Shown here in pieces: positions 24,925-36,293 of a DNA stretch of 64,000 nt. The position numbers were made by a program, and so were the translations under genes. This DNA is from Octopus sinensis (lineage: Eukaryota): positions 74,710,001-74,774,000 of the forward strand of contig NC_043005.1 of NCBI RefSeq assembly GCF_006345805.1. The letters run 5' to 3'. Every line of letters starts with the position of its first letter. The stretch's first letter is position 1. Below the pieces are notes generated by a model, which saw nothing but the letters and a program-made list of their open reading frames with translations, was not told the DNA's origin and did not search any database.

Positions 24925-26689
24925 GGGGTGACGGGCTTCTTCCAGTTTCCACCTACCAAATTCACTCACAAGGCTTTGGTCGGTACGAAAGTATAGTGGA
25001 AGACACTTGCCCAAGGTCCCCTCGCCGCTTGGCAACCAGCGTTGGCTTGTTTCCGTCGCCATAACTTAGTGGTTCGATAAAAGTAATTGATAGAGTAAGT
25101 ACGAGACTTATAAACAAATGCAGGGATCGATTTGCTCGACTAAAACCCTTTAAGGTGGTGCTCTGGTATGGTCGAAATTCAATGACAGAAAAAGAAAAAA
25201 AAAAAATTATCAGGCGCAGAAGTGGGTGTGTAGTAAGTAGCTTGCTTACGAACCACATGGTTCTGGGTTCAGTCCCATTGGCACCTTGGGTAAGTGTCTT
25301 CTACTATAGCCTCGGGCCGACTAAAACCTTGTGAGTGGATTTGGTAGACGGAAACTGAAAGAAGCCCGTCATATATATATATATATGTTTGTGTGTCTGT
25401 GTTTGTGCCCCCAACATCGCTTGACAACCGATGCTCGTGTGTTTACGTCCCCATCACAAGAGAGACCGACAGAATAAGTACTAGGCTTACAAAGAATAAG
25501 TCCTGGGGTCGATTTACTCGACTAAAGGCGGTGCTCCAGCATAGCCGCAGTCAAATGACCGGAACAAATAAAAGAATAAAAGAATAGATATATTTTCTTG
25601 GCTTTTGAGAAATCTTCCATAGGCAGAGAGTACAACTGATTATACCAACCAGATGTTAATCACAGTTATCTCCCATGCATCTTGTATTTTAAAGTTTTAC
25701 GTTTTTAATTTATATGCAAAAAATAAGGGATTTAGAAATATTTTGGTAAGTCTCAAAGAATAATTTCAACAAAAATTATAAATGAAACACTTCTTTATGT
25801 TTATAGATATATATATGTAAGAGATATTTACTGTAATAGTTTGTAGTTTTATTTAATGCTCACTCATTGTAGAAATGAATATACAACTTAAATCGAATAT
25901 CAGTTTAAATATATATTAAAATATATTTGTAACAAAGATAATAGGCGGTATATATTTCACTGAAAGTATTCTTAAATCCTGTTCTGAAAATATATAGTTC
26001 ATCTCTCTATCAGAAGTTTAATTTTCGATATGTTTTTAATGAATTATATAAATATAATGGACACATTGAAACTCCGACGTCTGGCACCTGACTTGGCAGA
26101 CACCCGTAAAATTATTAACCATCTTACAAACAATAACTCTCAGCACCTTTTCAAACTCCACCTGTCTAACACCCGTGGACATGTTTACAAAGTCAGAAAA
26201 CAGCACAGCTCCCATGACTTTAGGAAATATTTTTTTCACGCTGAGAGTTGCTGAAGCATGTAACAAACTGCTGGCATCAGTTGTTAGTTGTCGGAGCACG
26301 GCATCCTTCAAAACTTCCATGCTTCCCGAGATTCGCCAACACTACACCCGGTTTTCTCCCCTCCATACACACACAAGCATGTATCTGACTCATACACTGT
26401 TCACTTTCCAGACATTTGTACATTACTGCATGTACTTTATACGCACTTTTGACAAGTTGTGGTGCACCTGAGCATTGTATACAATAATTTTATTATTATT
26501 ATATTATTATTAGAAGACCTTGGTTTTCTATATCCGTAATTAAATTCAAATGGTATATGGTTGTGTTGGAATTTTGTTGGACTTATTCAAAATGGTCATC
26601 AACTTCAGCTTATTAACTTTTATAATGCAGCAATTTGTGACAGATTTTAGGAGTTAACTTTTTAGAAGTATACTAATTAGGATGGGGAG

Positions 26690-27760
26690 ACACTCATACC
26701 TTTCCACGCGAGTTTTAATAATACCAAATGAAGCGAAATAATTACGACTGGTTAACAAAACATGAGTTTTACACTACTCAACTTATTCAGACACTTGTCG
26801 TTCTGAGAATATATGTTCTGAGAATAATTAAAGAATGAAGATTTTGACGAAGTCGTAATGTTGCTGTTATGTCATGTCCCTCTCCACCGACTTCGTTTCC
26901 TCATAACTTCCTCTCAAAATGCATATATTTTGAATGAAATTTTCCATTGATATGTTTCCAAGTACAGAAGATACATTTTTGATGGCATAGAATACAATTA
27001 TGTCTATAAAATTTGTTGAAAATTTTAAGGAAAAGAGTTTCGGCTAATTAACCTTCGTTTCTTAAAAATGCCTGTTTTTTAACGAAATTTTCCTGAGATA
27101 CATTTCCAAGGATACATCTTTGATGGCATAGAATACAATTATGTCTATAAAATTTGGTGTAAAATTTTAAAGGAGGGAGAGTTTCGGATAATTAACCTTC
27201 ATTTCTTAAAAATGCTAATTTTTCAATGAAAATTTCCAGAATTTTTCAGGAGTGTACCCCTTTAACTCTGTTTTTTGCCAACATTTTTTGAGATTTAATC
27301 AAAATTATCGTAATATACACTCTGAAAAATACATCACTGGAAAATTTCATCGAAAAATATACGTATATATATATTTAATAAGTCCAGTAACGAGAGAGTG
27401 ATCGTCCAAAAACAATTTTTGCCCCATTTTCTTCTCTTAATCCTAATATTCATAATCTCAAGTGTATTTTTGCAAAATTTCCTTTATAAATATTCATTTT
27501 GAAGAAAGTTATGTAGAAACAGTGTTGCTCATCTGAACAGAAATATGCTCCACATGTTTCATTTTCCAAGAAAACTTTTTTGTTATTTTTATCAAAATAA
27601 TCGTAATCTACAACCCCAAAACAAATTTCTGGAAAACTTTATTAAAAAATATGCATTTGAAAAAGCCCAGCGGAGATTTTTCATGTTAAAGAAATTTTTA
27701 AAATCCCCCTCCTCATCCCGAAATAATTTTTCCCTTTTTCTCAACATAAGCGAAATAAAG
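26690..27760. repeat. Unclassified repeat, probably a DNA-transposon remnant, with an internal ~142-bp tandem duplication
   Basis: GATGGCATAGAATACAATTATGTCTATAAAATTT recurs at ~26980 and ~27122. Confidence 0.5.
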
Positions 27761-29115
27761 GGTAAAAGGGTAAAGACCCCCTTCAGTCATGATTGATCAT
27801 GGGATTGCACCTTGAAAGTTACCCTCCAAAGCTCAAGTCTGGGCAAGGTTGTTTATGGAATACCAGCCTTGCCTCTCCACGTCACTGATGTTATCCAAGA
27901 GAAAGGCAAAGGCCGATACAGCTTGGCACCAGTGATGTCGCAACTCATTTCTACAGCTGAACGAACTGGAGCAACGTGAAATAAAGTGTGTAGCTCAAGA
28001 ACACAACACACAACTCAGTCTGAGAATTGAACTCACTACCTCATGATCATGAACCCAATGCTCTAAACACTGAGCCAATATGCACCATCTAAAATATATC
28101 TAGAAAATCTTATTAAAAAATACGTATTTTTAAAGGAAGTTATGAAGAACTATAGTTGGGCAGACACCAAACTGTAGTTATACTGACAAGATGTTGAAAA
28201 GTTTTGGCCGAATTGTAGGTCTATGGTTCAATTAAATAGGTTTGAATGATATTGATTTAAGTTTAAATCAGATGTTTTGCTTTATATCTCTGTTGGAAAC
28301 CTAAATGTTGTGTGAAGATGAGGTAAAAATAATAACGAACTTATTGTATACAATAAGCGTAGGAGTGGCTGTGTGGTAAGTAGCTTGCTTACCAACCACA
28401 TGGTTCCAGGTTCATTCCCACTGCTTGGCACCTTGGGCAAGTGTCTGTGTGTGTGTGTCTGTGTTTGTCCCCCCAACTTCGCTTGACAACCGATGCTGGT
28501 GTGTTTACGTCCCCGTAACTTAGCGGTTCGGCAAAAGTGACCGATAGAATAAGTACTAGGCTTACAAAGAATAAGTCCTGGGGTTGATTTGCTCAACTAA
28601 AGGCGGTGCTCCAGCATGGCCACGGTCAAATGACTGAAACAAGTAAAGGAGTAAAGAGAAAGAGTTTGGTCATACTATAGCCATATCACAGACGTGAATT
28701 TATGAATACATAATTTTTGGTTGTTATTACTTAACCTGAAGTCATTCCTAATTGAGCACACCCATGATCAGTGACATTCTGATCTTTTTTAAACAACAAT
28801 TGTGATTTGAAGATTTGGCTGGTATTTTTACCATGTCAAAAGACCACATAGGGCAGCGGCTCCCAATGTTTTTGCACTTGTGACCCCTTACCCAAAAGCT
28901 TGAAAACCATGAGATCCCCTACTATCAGCAGCTTGATTAACATTTTATTTTCTGTGAAGGAGAGGGAAAGTAACATCTAACAAAAAATTTATTCAAGAAT
29001 CCTGTAATTATTTATGTAAGAGCATAAAAAATGTAATTGATGGGTTGTAATCTTAAAGCTTCATGCTTAATTAAAATGTTTATTCTATTATTTTTATAGA
29101 TCCTGATGTTCAAAA

Positions 29116-29146
29116 ATGGCTACAAATATCAAGCAACCAAAATACA
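29116..29146 (+). CDS. MSH4: MSH4 putative first coding exon (exon 29100-29146; ATG 29116; MATNIKQPKY)
   Basis: TTTTTATAG acceptor and GTAAG donor. ATG in an AAAATGG context ends in phase 1 and joins 30508 in frame. No homology support, so tentative. Confidence 0.45.
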
Positions 29147-29355
29147 GTAAGCAGTTATTCTATTTTAATTAAATAATAAATTTTTCTGTTGTATTTCTGC
29201 ATTTTAGAAATCAGAAATATTACTTCCATTATTTCTTAAACAAGTTTGTTATGTTTCGCATTGTTTCTCATAAACAAGAATGCATTTTAGTAATTAAATT
29301 TTTAAAAAATTGGGATTAATATTAACAGTCACATGTGAAATAAACATCCTACTCA

Positions 29356-29847
29356 TTTCGATATTTAAGAGATGAGGAATTATGTACATTATTTACATTC
29401 GACAGATATTTGTCCTCATCTTGTTTGTTGTTAACACAATGTTTTGGCTGATATAACTTCCAGCCTTCATCAGGTGTCTTGGGGAAATTTCAAACCTGGG
29501 TTCTCATTCCTAAGGTATTCTTCGATGTTGTTGTTATTATTATTATTGTTCAGGTCACTGCTTGGAATTGAACTCAGAACCTTGGGGTTAGTAGCCCGTG
29601 CTCTTAATCACTATGCTATATGCCCATGGGCATATGGCGTAGTGGTTCCAAGCAGTGACCTGAACAATAACAATAACAATAATACAAATAATAATAACAT
29701 TGAAAAATACCTTAGGAATGAGAACCCAGGTTCAAAATTTCTCCAAGACACCTGAAGAAGGCTGGAGGGTATATCAGCCGAAACGTTCTGTTAACAACAA
29801 ACATGATGAGGACAAATATCCGTCGAATGTAAATAATGTAAATAATG
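29356..29847. mobile_element. Palindromic head-to-head dimer of a tRNA-headed, hammerhead-bearing non-coding element; 13-bp TSD AACATCCTACTCA
   Basis: Symmetry centre ATATGCCCA|TGGGCATAT (29618-29635); arms are reverse complements; TSD at 29343-29355 and 29848-29860; hammerhead motifs at 29747-29792 (+) and 29433-29478 (-). Confidence 0.85.
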
Positions 29848-30214
29848 AACATCCTACTCAAACAAGCGAAAAATGATAAAGGCAAAATCTTGTAAGAGAA
29901 TGAATGTGTAAGCAATATTGTGATTATGGTTTTGTAACCATTTAATTTTATTTACTGAAAGAGAACATTTACTTTTGACATTGTCCAAAGAGAGGATTAA
30001 TTTCAGGATATTCATCGTTTTTTACTCCTTTCACTCACTTGATTGCAGCCATGCTGGAGCACCACCTTGAAGGGTTTAGTTGAATAAATCCATTCTAGGA
30101 CATATTTTAAGTTTGGTATTTCTTCTATCAGTCTCTTTTGCCAAACTGCTAAGTTATGTGGGTGTAAACAAACCAGCACAAGTTGTCAAACAGTGTTAGT
30201 GGACAAACTCAAAG

Positions 30215-30248
<34 letters not shown>

Positions 30249-30507
30249 ATGATGGGCTTCCTCATAGTTTCCATCAACCAAATTCACTCACAAGGCATTG
30301 GTCAGCCTGGAGCTATAGTAGAAGACACTTATCCAAAATGCCATGCAGTGGGACTGAACCTGAAACCATGTGGTTATCTGAAGAAAGGATTAATTTCAGT
30401 GTATTGAATGTGGATTTAATTTGGTTGTTTTGTCATTGTTTTAAATTAAATGTTTTAATATTTTCTTCATTTGTATTTAATTATTCTTGAAATGAAACTC
30501 TCTTTAG

Positions 30508-30664
30508 ATTTTGGACTTTTACAAACACCTGCTACTTCTGATGAATCAGAGCTTTCAGATACATCTGCCAGTATCTTCAATAAGAAGCCTATATTTATGG
30601 GAACCAAGAGGAAACAGCAGAATTTGGGCCAAAGAGAGGATATTACACCATATTCAGAACAAAG
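30508..30664 (+). CDS. MSH4: MSH4 exon (low-complexity N-terminus, DFGLLQTPATSDESE…TPYSEQR)
   Basis: TCTTTAG/GTACTG splice sites; open frame; phase-2 end fits the next exon. Confidence 0.7.
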
Positions 30665-30749
30665 GTACTGAATTATCTATTATGTATGAGGTGTGATTTA
30701 AGAGGGCACAGCCCTTACTTTTCATGTTACATAAACAAAAAAAGAAAAA

Positions 30750-31349
30750 TAGCTAGTTATAAAATCTCAAGAAGAGATAGAGTAGTAACATATACTATAC
30801 AGTACAGCGAGTAGCCATATCAAAGTGGCAGATGAATGTTACTATGAGCTTAACCCCAGGTGGATTATCCACCAGCTGGTTTTCAGTGCAAGCTCTGTAC
30901 CCTTTATGTACAATACATCACTATCAGGGGAAGTGAATCCCTACTACCCTCCAACAGCTGGCAAGATCGTGGGACTGTGGTTAAAGTAGTAGTAACATTC
31001 ATCTGCTACTTTTATGTGGTTACTTGCTGTACTGTTTAGTATATGTTACTATTCTTGATATTTTATAACTAGCTATTTTGCTTGTTGGAAATCAGTGACC
31101 GATGGTCAGTTTGTATACAATATATTCCTGGCAGAAGCGGATCTTAACTACACTCGTGGCTGACGTGAGCCTATTAGCTTGAAACTGGCTGGTCTCACGA
31201 TCCTGTCAGCTGTTGGAGGGGTTCGCTCCCCCTACTAGCAACGTATTGTACATAAAGGGTGCAGAGCTTGCACCAAAAACCGGCTGGTGGAGAATCTGCC
31301 TGGGGTTAAACTAGTATTAACATTCATCTGCCACTTTGATGAAGCTACC
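30750..31349. mobile_element. Retrozyme/Penelope-like non-coding element: ~325-nt period, type I hammerhead (31154-31200), inverted 5' copy, ~13-bp TSD
   Basis: Layout A-B | A'-C-HHR-B'-A'. TAACATTCATCTGC at 30993 and 31318. CAAAAAA(A)GAAAAA flanks both ends (30736-30749 and 31350-31362). Confidence 0.75.
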
Positions 31350-31702
31350 CAAAAAAGAAAAAGTCTTTACATAATTATCCAATCCATGAATTCATAAAGC
31401 CTGCAAAATTAGTTATTGTACTAGAATTCTGGCCTTAATAAATCCACTTTTATCTTTAATTTTTTATCTGCTTTGGTCATTTGACTGTGACCATGCTGGG
31501 GCACTGCCTCAAAGAATTTTTAGTTGAACAAATTGACCCCAGTGCTTCTATTTTTTTTTTTACGTTTAGTACTTATTCTATTGGTCCCTTTTACTGAGCC
31601 ACTAAGTTACAGGGATGTAAACACCATAACACTGGTTGTCAAGCGGTGGTGGGGGACATTCTCCATCACAAAGATACACAGGCACACACACACATAAGTT
31701 TT

Positions 31703-31952
31703 ATGTATAGTATTAAATATCCATCATGGTTGATCTTACTAATTGGTTTCGCGTAAAGAATACAGTGGAGTGTTAGGTGAAAATCTGATTATATAATTTT
31801 ACACTTATCAGAGTTAGCCAATATAGAAAGGAATATTGGCTAACTGATGAGCGTAAAGTTATATAATCGGATTGTTGCCTAACACTTCATTGTATTCTTT
31901 ATGTGAAACCAATTGGTAAAATCAGCTGTGATGGATATTTAATACTATACAT
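31703..31952. mobile_element. 250-bp foldback whose arms each carry an outward-reading hammerhead motif
   Basis: Arms 31703-31824 and 31833-31952. The + arm has CTGATGA (31844-50), stem II GCGTAAAG/CTTTATGT, GAAA (31905-08), palindrome ACCAATTGGT and a GTA site. Confidence 0.7.
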
Positions 31953-33146
31953 TTTGGATGATATACCCATTCTACTGACAGATATATGAATGTATCTTTG
32001 CTCTGACTTATAGTCTCTTAGACAACTCACACGCATATATGTGTGTGTGTGTGAGTGTGTGATGGGGTTCTTTCAGTTTCTGTCAACCAAATCCACTTAC
32101 AAGGGTTTGGTCAGTCTGAGGCTACAGTTGAAGACACTTGCCCAAAGTGTTGCACCATGGGACTGAAGCCAGACCATGTGGTCGGGAAATAAACATTTTA
32201 CAACACAGCCATGCCTGCACCCACTGTGCATTATTTTGTTTTTCTTGAATCCTAGTTTTTATAAGGCCGGTTACTCAGTTTTCATGACACATAAGTGACT
32301 ACAGTCATAACATTTCTCCTCAATGGGATACCACTCTGTTGCAGTGTTCAAGGTCAGCTATTTTCAGCGGGAGGGAGTAGGTCGATTATATTGACTCCAG
32401 TACTTGACTCAAACTCTATTTTATTCACCCTGAAGATATAAAAGGCAAAGTTGACCTCAATGGGATTTGAACTCAGGCTGTAAAGAGCCAGAAGAAATGC
32501 TGCTAAGTATTTTACCTGACATGCTAATGATTTTGCCAGTTCACTGCCTTCACTGTGTGTATTTGGACAAAGCATATTGTCCTACATATGTTAGTTTGTT
32601 TGACCAATATTTACTATTTCAGGGTCATCAGAAGTTATCAATAGAAAAGGCGTCCAGCTGTTTCAAAATACATTCCAATAATTTTGCATAAATTATCTCA
32701 TCCATGTCAACATGAAAACAGAGACATATAAAAAAAAGCATTGTTTTTGGTGTATGTGTTTGTGTATGTATGTATGTTTGTGTGTTACTGGTATTTCACT
32801 GATAAGAATAAAATTTAACAGGTCATTAAGGAATTATAATTACAAATAAAATTTGTCATTAATTGTCTTAACGGTTGTGGTCAATGAATTTTTAAAATAG
32901 ACATAATGTCTCAGAATATTATTATTAACCAAAAGCTACTGTTAAGTTGTCAACCTTAAATTATAATCTTCCCTGATCTTTACACAGAAAGAATTTCCTA
33001 ATAAATATAATTTAATTTACTCAGCATTAAATATATTTTTCTAATTTTGATTATTGCTAAACTGAATCTACAAGAACTAGTTAACTATTTACCTGTCCTG
33101 TGTATTACATGTGACACACAGGACATATTTCCCTGGTATCCATGTA

Positions 33147-34397
33147 TTAGGTTGTTCTGAAAATAATGGCTGCTCTAAGGGTTGTGTTTTTAAACGCAGT
33201 TTTATCATAGTATTTTAATTATATTTTATGTGAATTTCGACATGTTTAATAATTGATGTACGCTCTTCAATAATTTTCTACTTATTTCAGACAGAAAACA
33301 TTCTTGAAGCATAGCTTCCCTTGATTATGAACATGACAAAAAGGAACATTCGCTTACTTTTCTTGCATGAGTTCAAGCTTGGGCACAATGCCTCCCAAAC
33401 TGCTGCAAATATCAACAGTGCATGGGAAGAGGGTCCACAAGTGACCACACAGTACAAAGGTGGTTTCAGAAATTCTGTCGCGGTGATGAGAGCCTTGAAG
33501 ATGAAGAAGGTAGAGGACAGTCATGCAGTCTTGACAATGAGAAATTGAAAGTAATTGTTGGACAAAACTCATGTCAAAATGTTAGGGAAATGTTTCAGGC
33601 ACTTGGTGTCAGTGTTCCAACAGTCTCACACAATCTGCAAAAGATTGGTAAGGTGAAAAAGCTTGATAAATGGGTACCACATGAGCTCAATGAAAATCAA
33701 AAAGTTTGGTGTTTTGAAGTGTGCTCGATGCTCTTTCTGTGAATCACCAATGATCCTTTTCTTGACCAAATAGTCACTTGTGACAAAAAGTGGATCCTTT
33801 AAGATAGCCGTAAATGATCAGGTCAATGGTTTGACCGTGATGAGTTCCCCAAACATTTCCCAAAGCCAAAGTTGCATCAGCAAAAGATTATGGTGACTTT
33901 CTGGTGGTCTGCAATTGGTGTTGTCCATTACAGCTTTCTGGAAGCCAATCAGAGCATTACAACAGAGGTTTACTGCAATCAACGCACTGAAATGCATGTT
34001 CACTTGCAAAAAATGAGACCTGCATTGGTGAATTGGTGTGGCCCAATTCTGATTCACGATAATGCAAAGCCACATGTTGCACAAATGACACTACAGAAAC
34101 TCACAGATTTAGAATAGTAGACGTTACCACAGCCTCCATATTCTCCTGATCTTTCACCCACTGAATACGATTTTTTAAAGCATTTAAACACGTTTTTAAG
34201 TGATAAAACTTTCAGGTCCAAACCAGAGGTGGAATCAGCTTTCAAAGATTTCTTAGCATCAAAGCCAATAAGTTCTTATAAATGAGGCATAAATAGATCT
34301 CGTTGATTGATGGCAGAGATGGTCACGGCTCATACTTGAATTTTTCCAGAATAAAATTATGTTTCTGAAATCGGTCATTATTTTTGGAACAACCTAA
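33147..34397 (+). mobile_element. Full-length decayed mariner (Hsmar1/cecropia-like), transposase broken by frameshifts and stops
   Basis: TIRs TTAGGTTGTTCTGAAAATAATG and CATTATTTTTGGAACAACCTAA; motifs WVPHEL, IVTCDKKW, HDNAKPH, PPYSPDLSP. Confidence 0.92.
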
Positions 34398-36168
34398 TCT
34401 GTATATCTATATATATATATCAAACTGAGAATATATATATCTATTTTAACATCAACTAAGATAGTGAACTTCTTATAACAATTAGTTTCAAAATTTGGTA
34501 CAAGGCTAGCAATTTGGGGAGAGGATTAAGTCAATTATTGACCCCAATGCTCAGCTGGTCAACTGGTACTTATTTTATTCTTTTCTACTCTAGGCACAAA
34601 GCCTGAAATTTTGGGGGAGTGGGCCTGTCAATTAGATCGACCCCAGTATGCAACTGGTACTAATTTTATTGAGCCTGAAATGATGAAAGGCAAAGTTGAC
34701 TTCAGCGGAATTTGAACTCAGAATGTAAAGACAGACGAAATGCCACTAAGCATTTTGCCCAGCATGCTAGCAATTCTGCCAGCTCCCCATCCTATATATC
34801 AATATAATAAAATGCTTAGCAGCACTTCTTCTGACTTTACAATCTGATTTCAAATACTGCTGAGGCCAACTTTCCCTTTCATCCTTATGGGGTCCCAGAA
34901 ATAAGTACCTATTGAACACTGACTTTCTTGGAGGATTGATCTTCAACTTTATGGTATTTTTTCTTCTCATTGCAAGTGTAATTGTAATTAAAATTTTTTC
35001 CTTCTACATTAGGTATGTTAATACCAACTTAATTACTTGTTTTTCATTCTGAAAGCATCATTAATTAATTTACCCAGCCAATGAAGTCAAACTGCAATTT
35101 GTATAGTCATGTGTTACCATGTTGGGCAAAATGCTCTGTGGTATTTCGTCTGTCTTTGCGTTTTGAGTTCAAATTCTGCTGAGGTTGACTTTGCTGTTTA
35201 TCTTTTTGGGGTCGATAAAATAAGTACTAGTTGAGTATTGAGATTGACATAATTGCTTTTTCCCCTCTCAAAATTGCTGGTGTTGTGTCAAAATTTGAAA
35301 CCAATATAGTCTAGTTCTAGCTCTACTACAGGTCTAGAATAAGAAAATCAGACACATGCATAGTGATCCTCCCTAGACACAACAAGATTTGTTTCAACAC
35401 ACCAATTCACATCAAGAACCAATTACAGAAATGATGTAAAATCAGACAGTAATGACCAGAAGTCTGCGAAGTCAGGGCTAAACTTGGTGTTACCTAATGA
35501 AGGTAGCTCTCTCTCTTTTACTCTTTTACTTGTTTCAGTCATTTGACTGCAGCCGTGCTGGAGCACCACCTTTAATCGAGCAACTCGACCCTGGGACTTA
35601 TTCTTTTGTAAGCCAAGTACTTATTCTATTGGTCTCTTTTGCCGAACTGCTAAGTAACGGGGACATAAACACACCAGCATCGGTTGTCAAGCAATGCTAG
35701 GGGGACAAACACAGATACAGAAACACACACACGCATATATATATATACATATATATGACGGGCTTCCTTCAGTTTCCGTATACCAAATCCCCTCACAAGG
35801 TTTTGGTCAGCCCGAGGCTATAGTAGAAGACACTTGCCCAAGGTGCCACGCAGTGGGATTGAACCTGGAACAATGTGGTTGGTAAACAAGCTACTTGCTA
35901 CACAGACACTCCTGTGCCTGTATTTAATCCAAGAATTGTGCCTAATTTTTCATTTGATTTAAAAAAAAAAAAGTGCTGCTTTTTGTTACACTGTTTCCCT
36001 TCATGAAATTAAGGAACACTTAGGTTTTTTTAATTGAGAAACATTAGAGCACAATCTTTTTATGTGTTATGAGGAACAAAATGAAAAAACAGCAGTAATC
36101 AAATGATTAATTAGTTTAATAATTAATTAAGATTAGGAATTGAATCATGTTGGCTTTTTTTTTTCCAG

Positions 36169-36293
36169 GTTGTCTTCCTCATCAAGTGATCATCTTAAAT
36201 TAATCTCACCTGCTCAGACTAAAACATCTGCTGTGAAACGGACTCCATATACATCATCTACAACGAACTCTGATAATACTGCAGTTATTGCAG
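36169..36293 (+). CDS. MSH4: MSH4 exon (…SSSSSDHLKL…NSDNTAVIA)
   Basis: TTTTCCAG/GTAAGA splice sites; joins AIVEGRG in frame (human SVIVAVVEGRG). Confidence 0.85.

Noticed and set aside
29555-29625. tRNA gene (and the many other SINE heads)
   Set aside because: No complete cloverleaf or acceptor stem; each continues into a SINE body, so none was called as tRNA.
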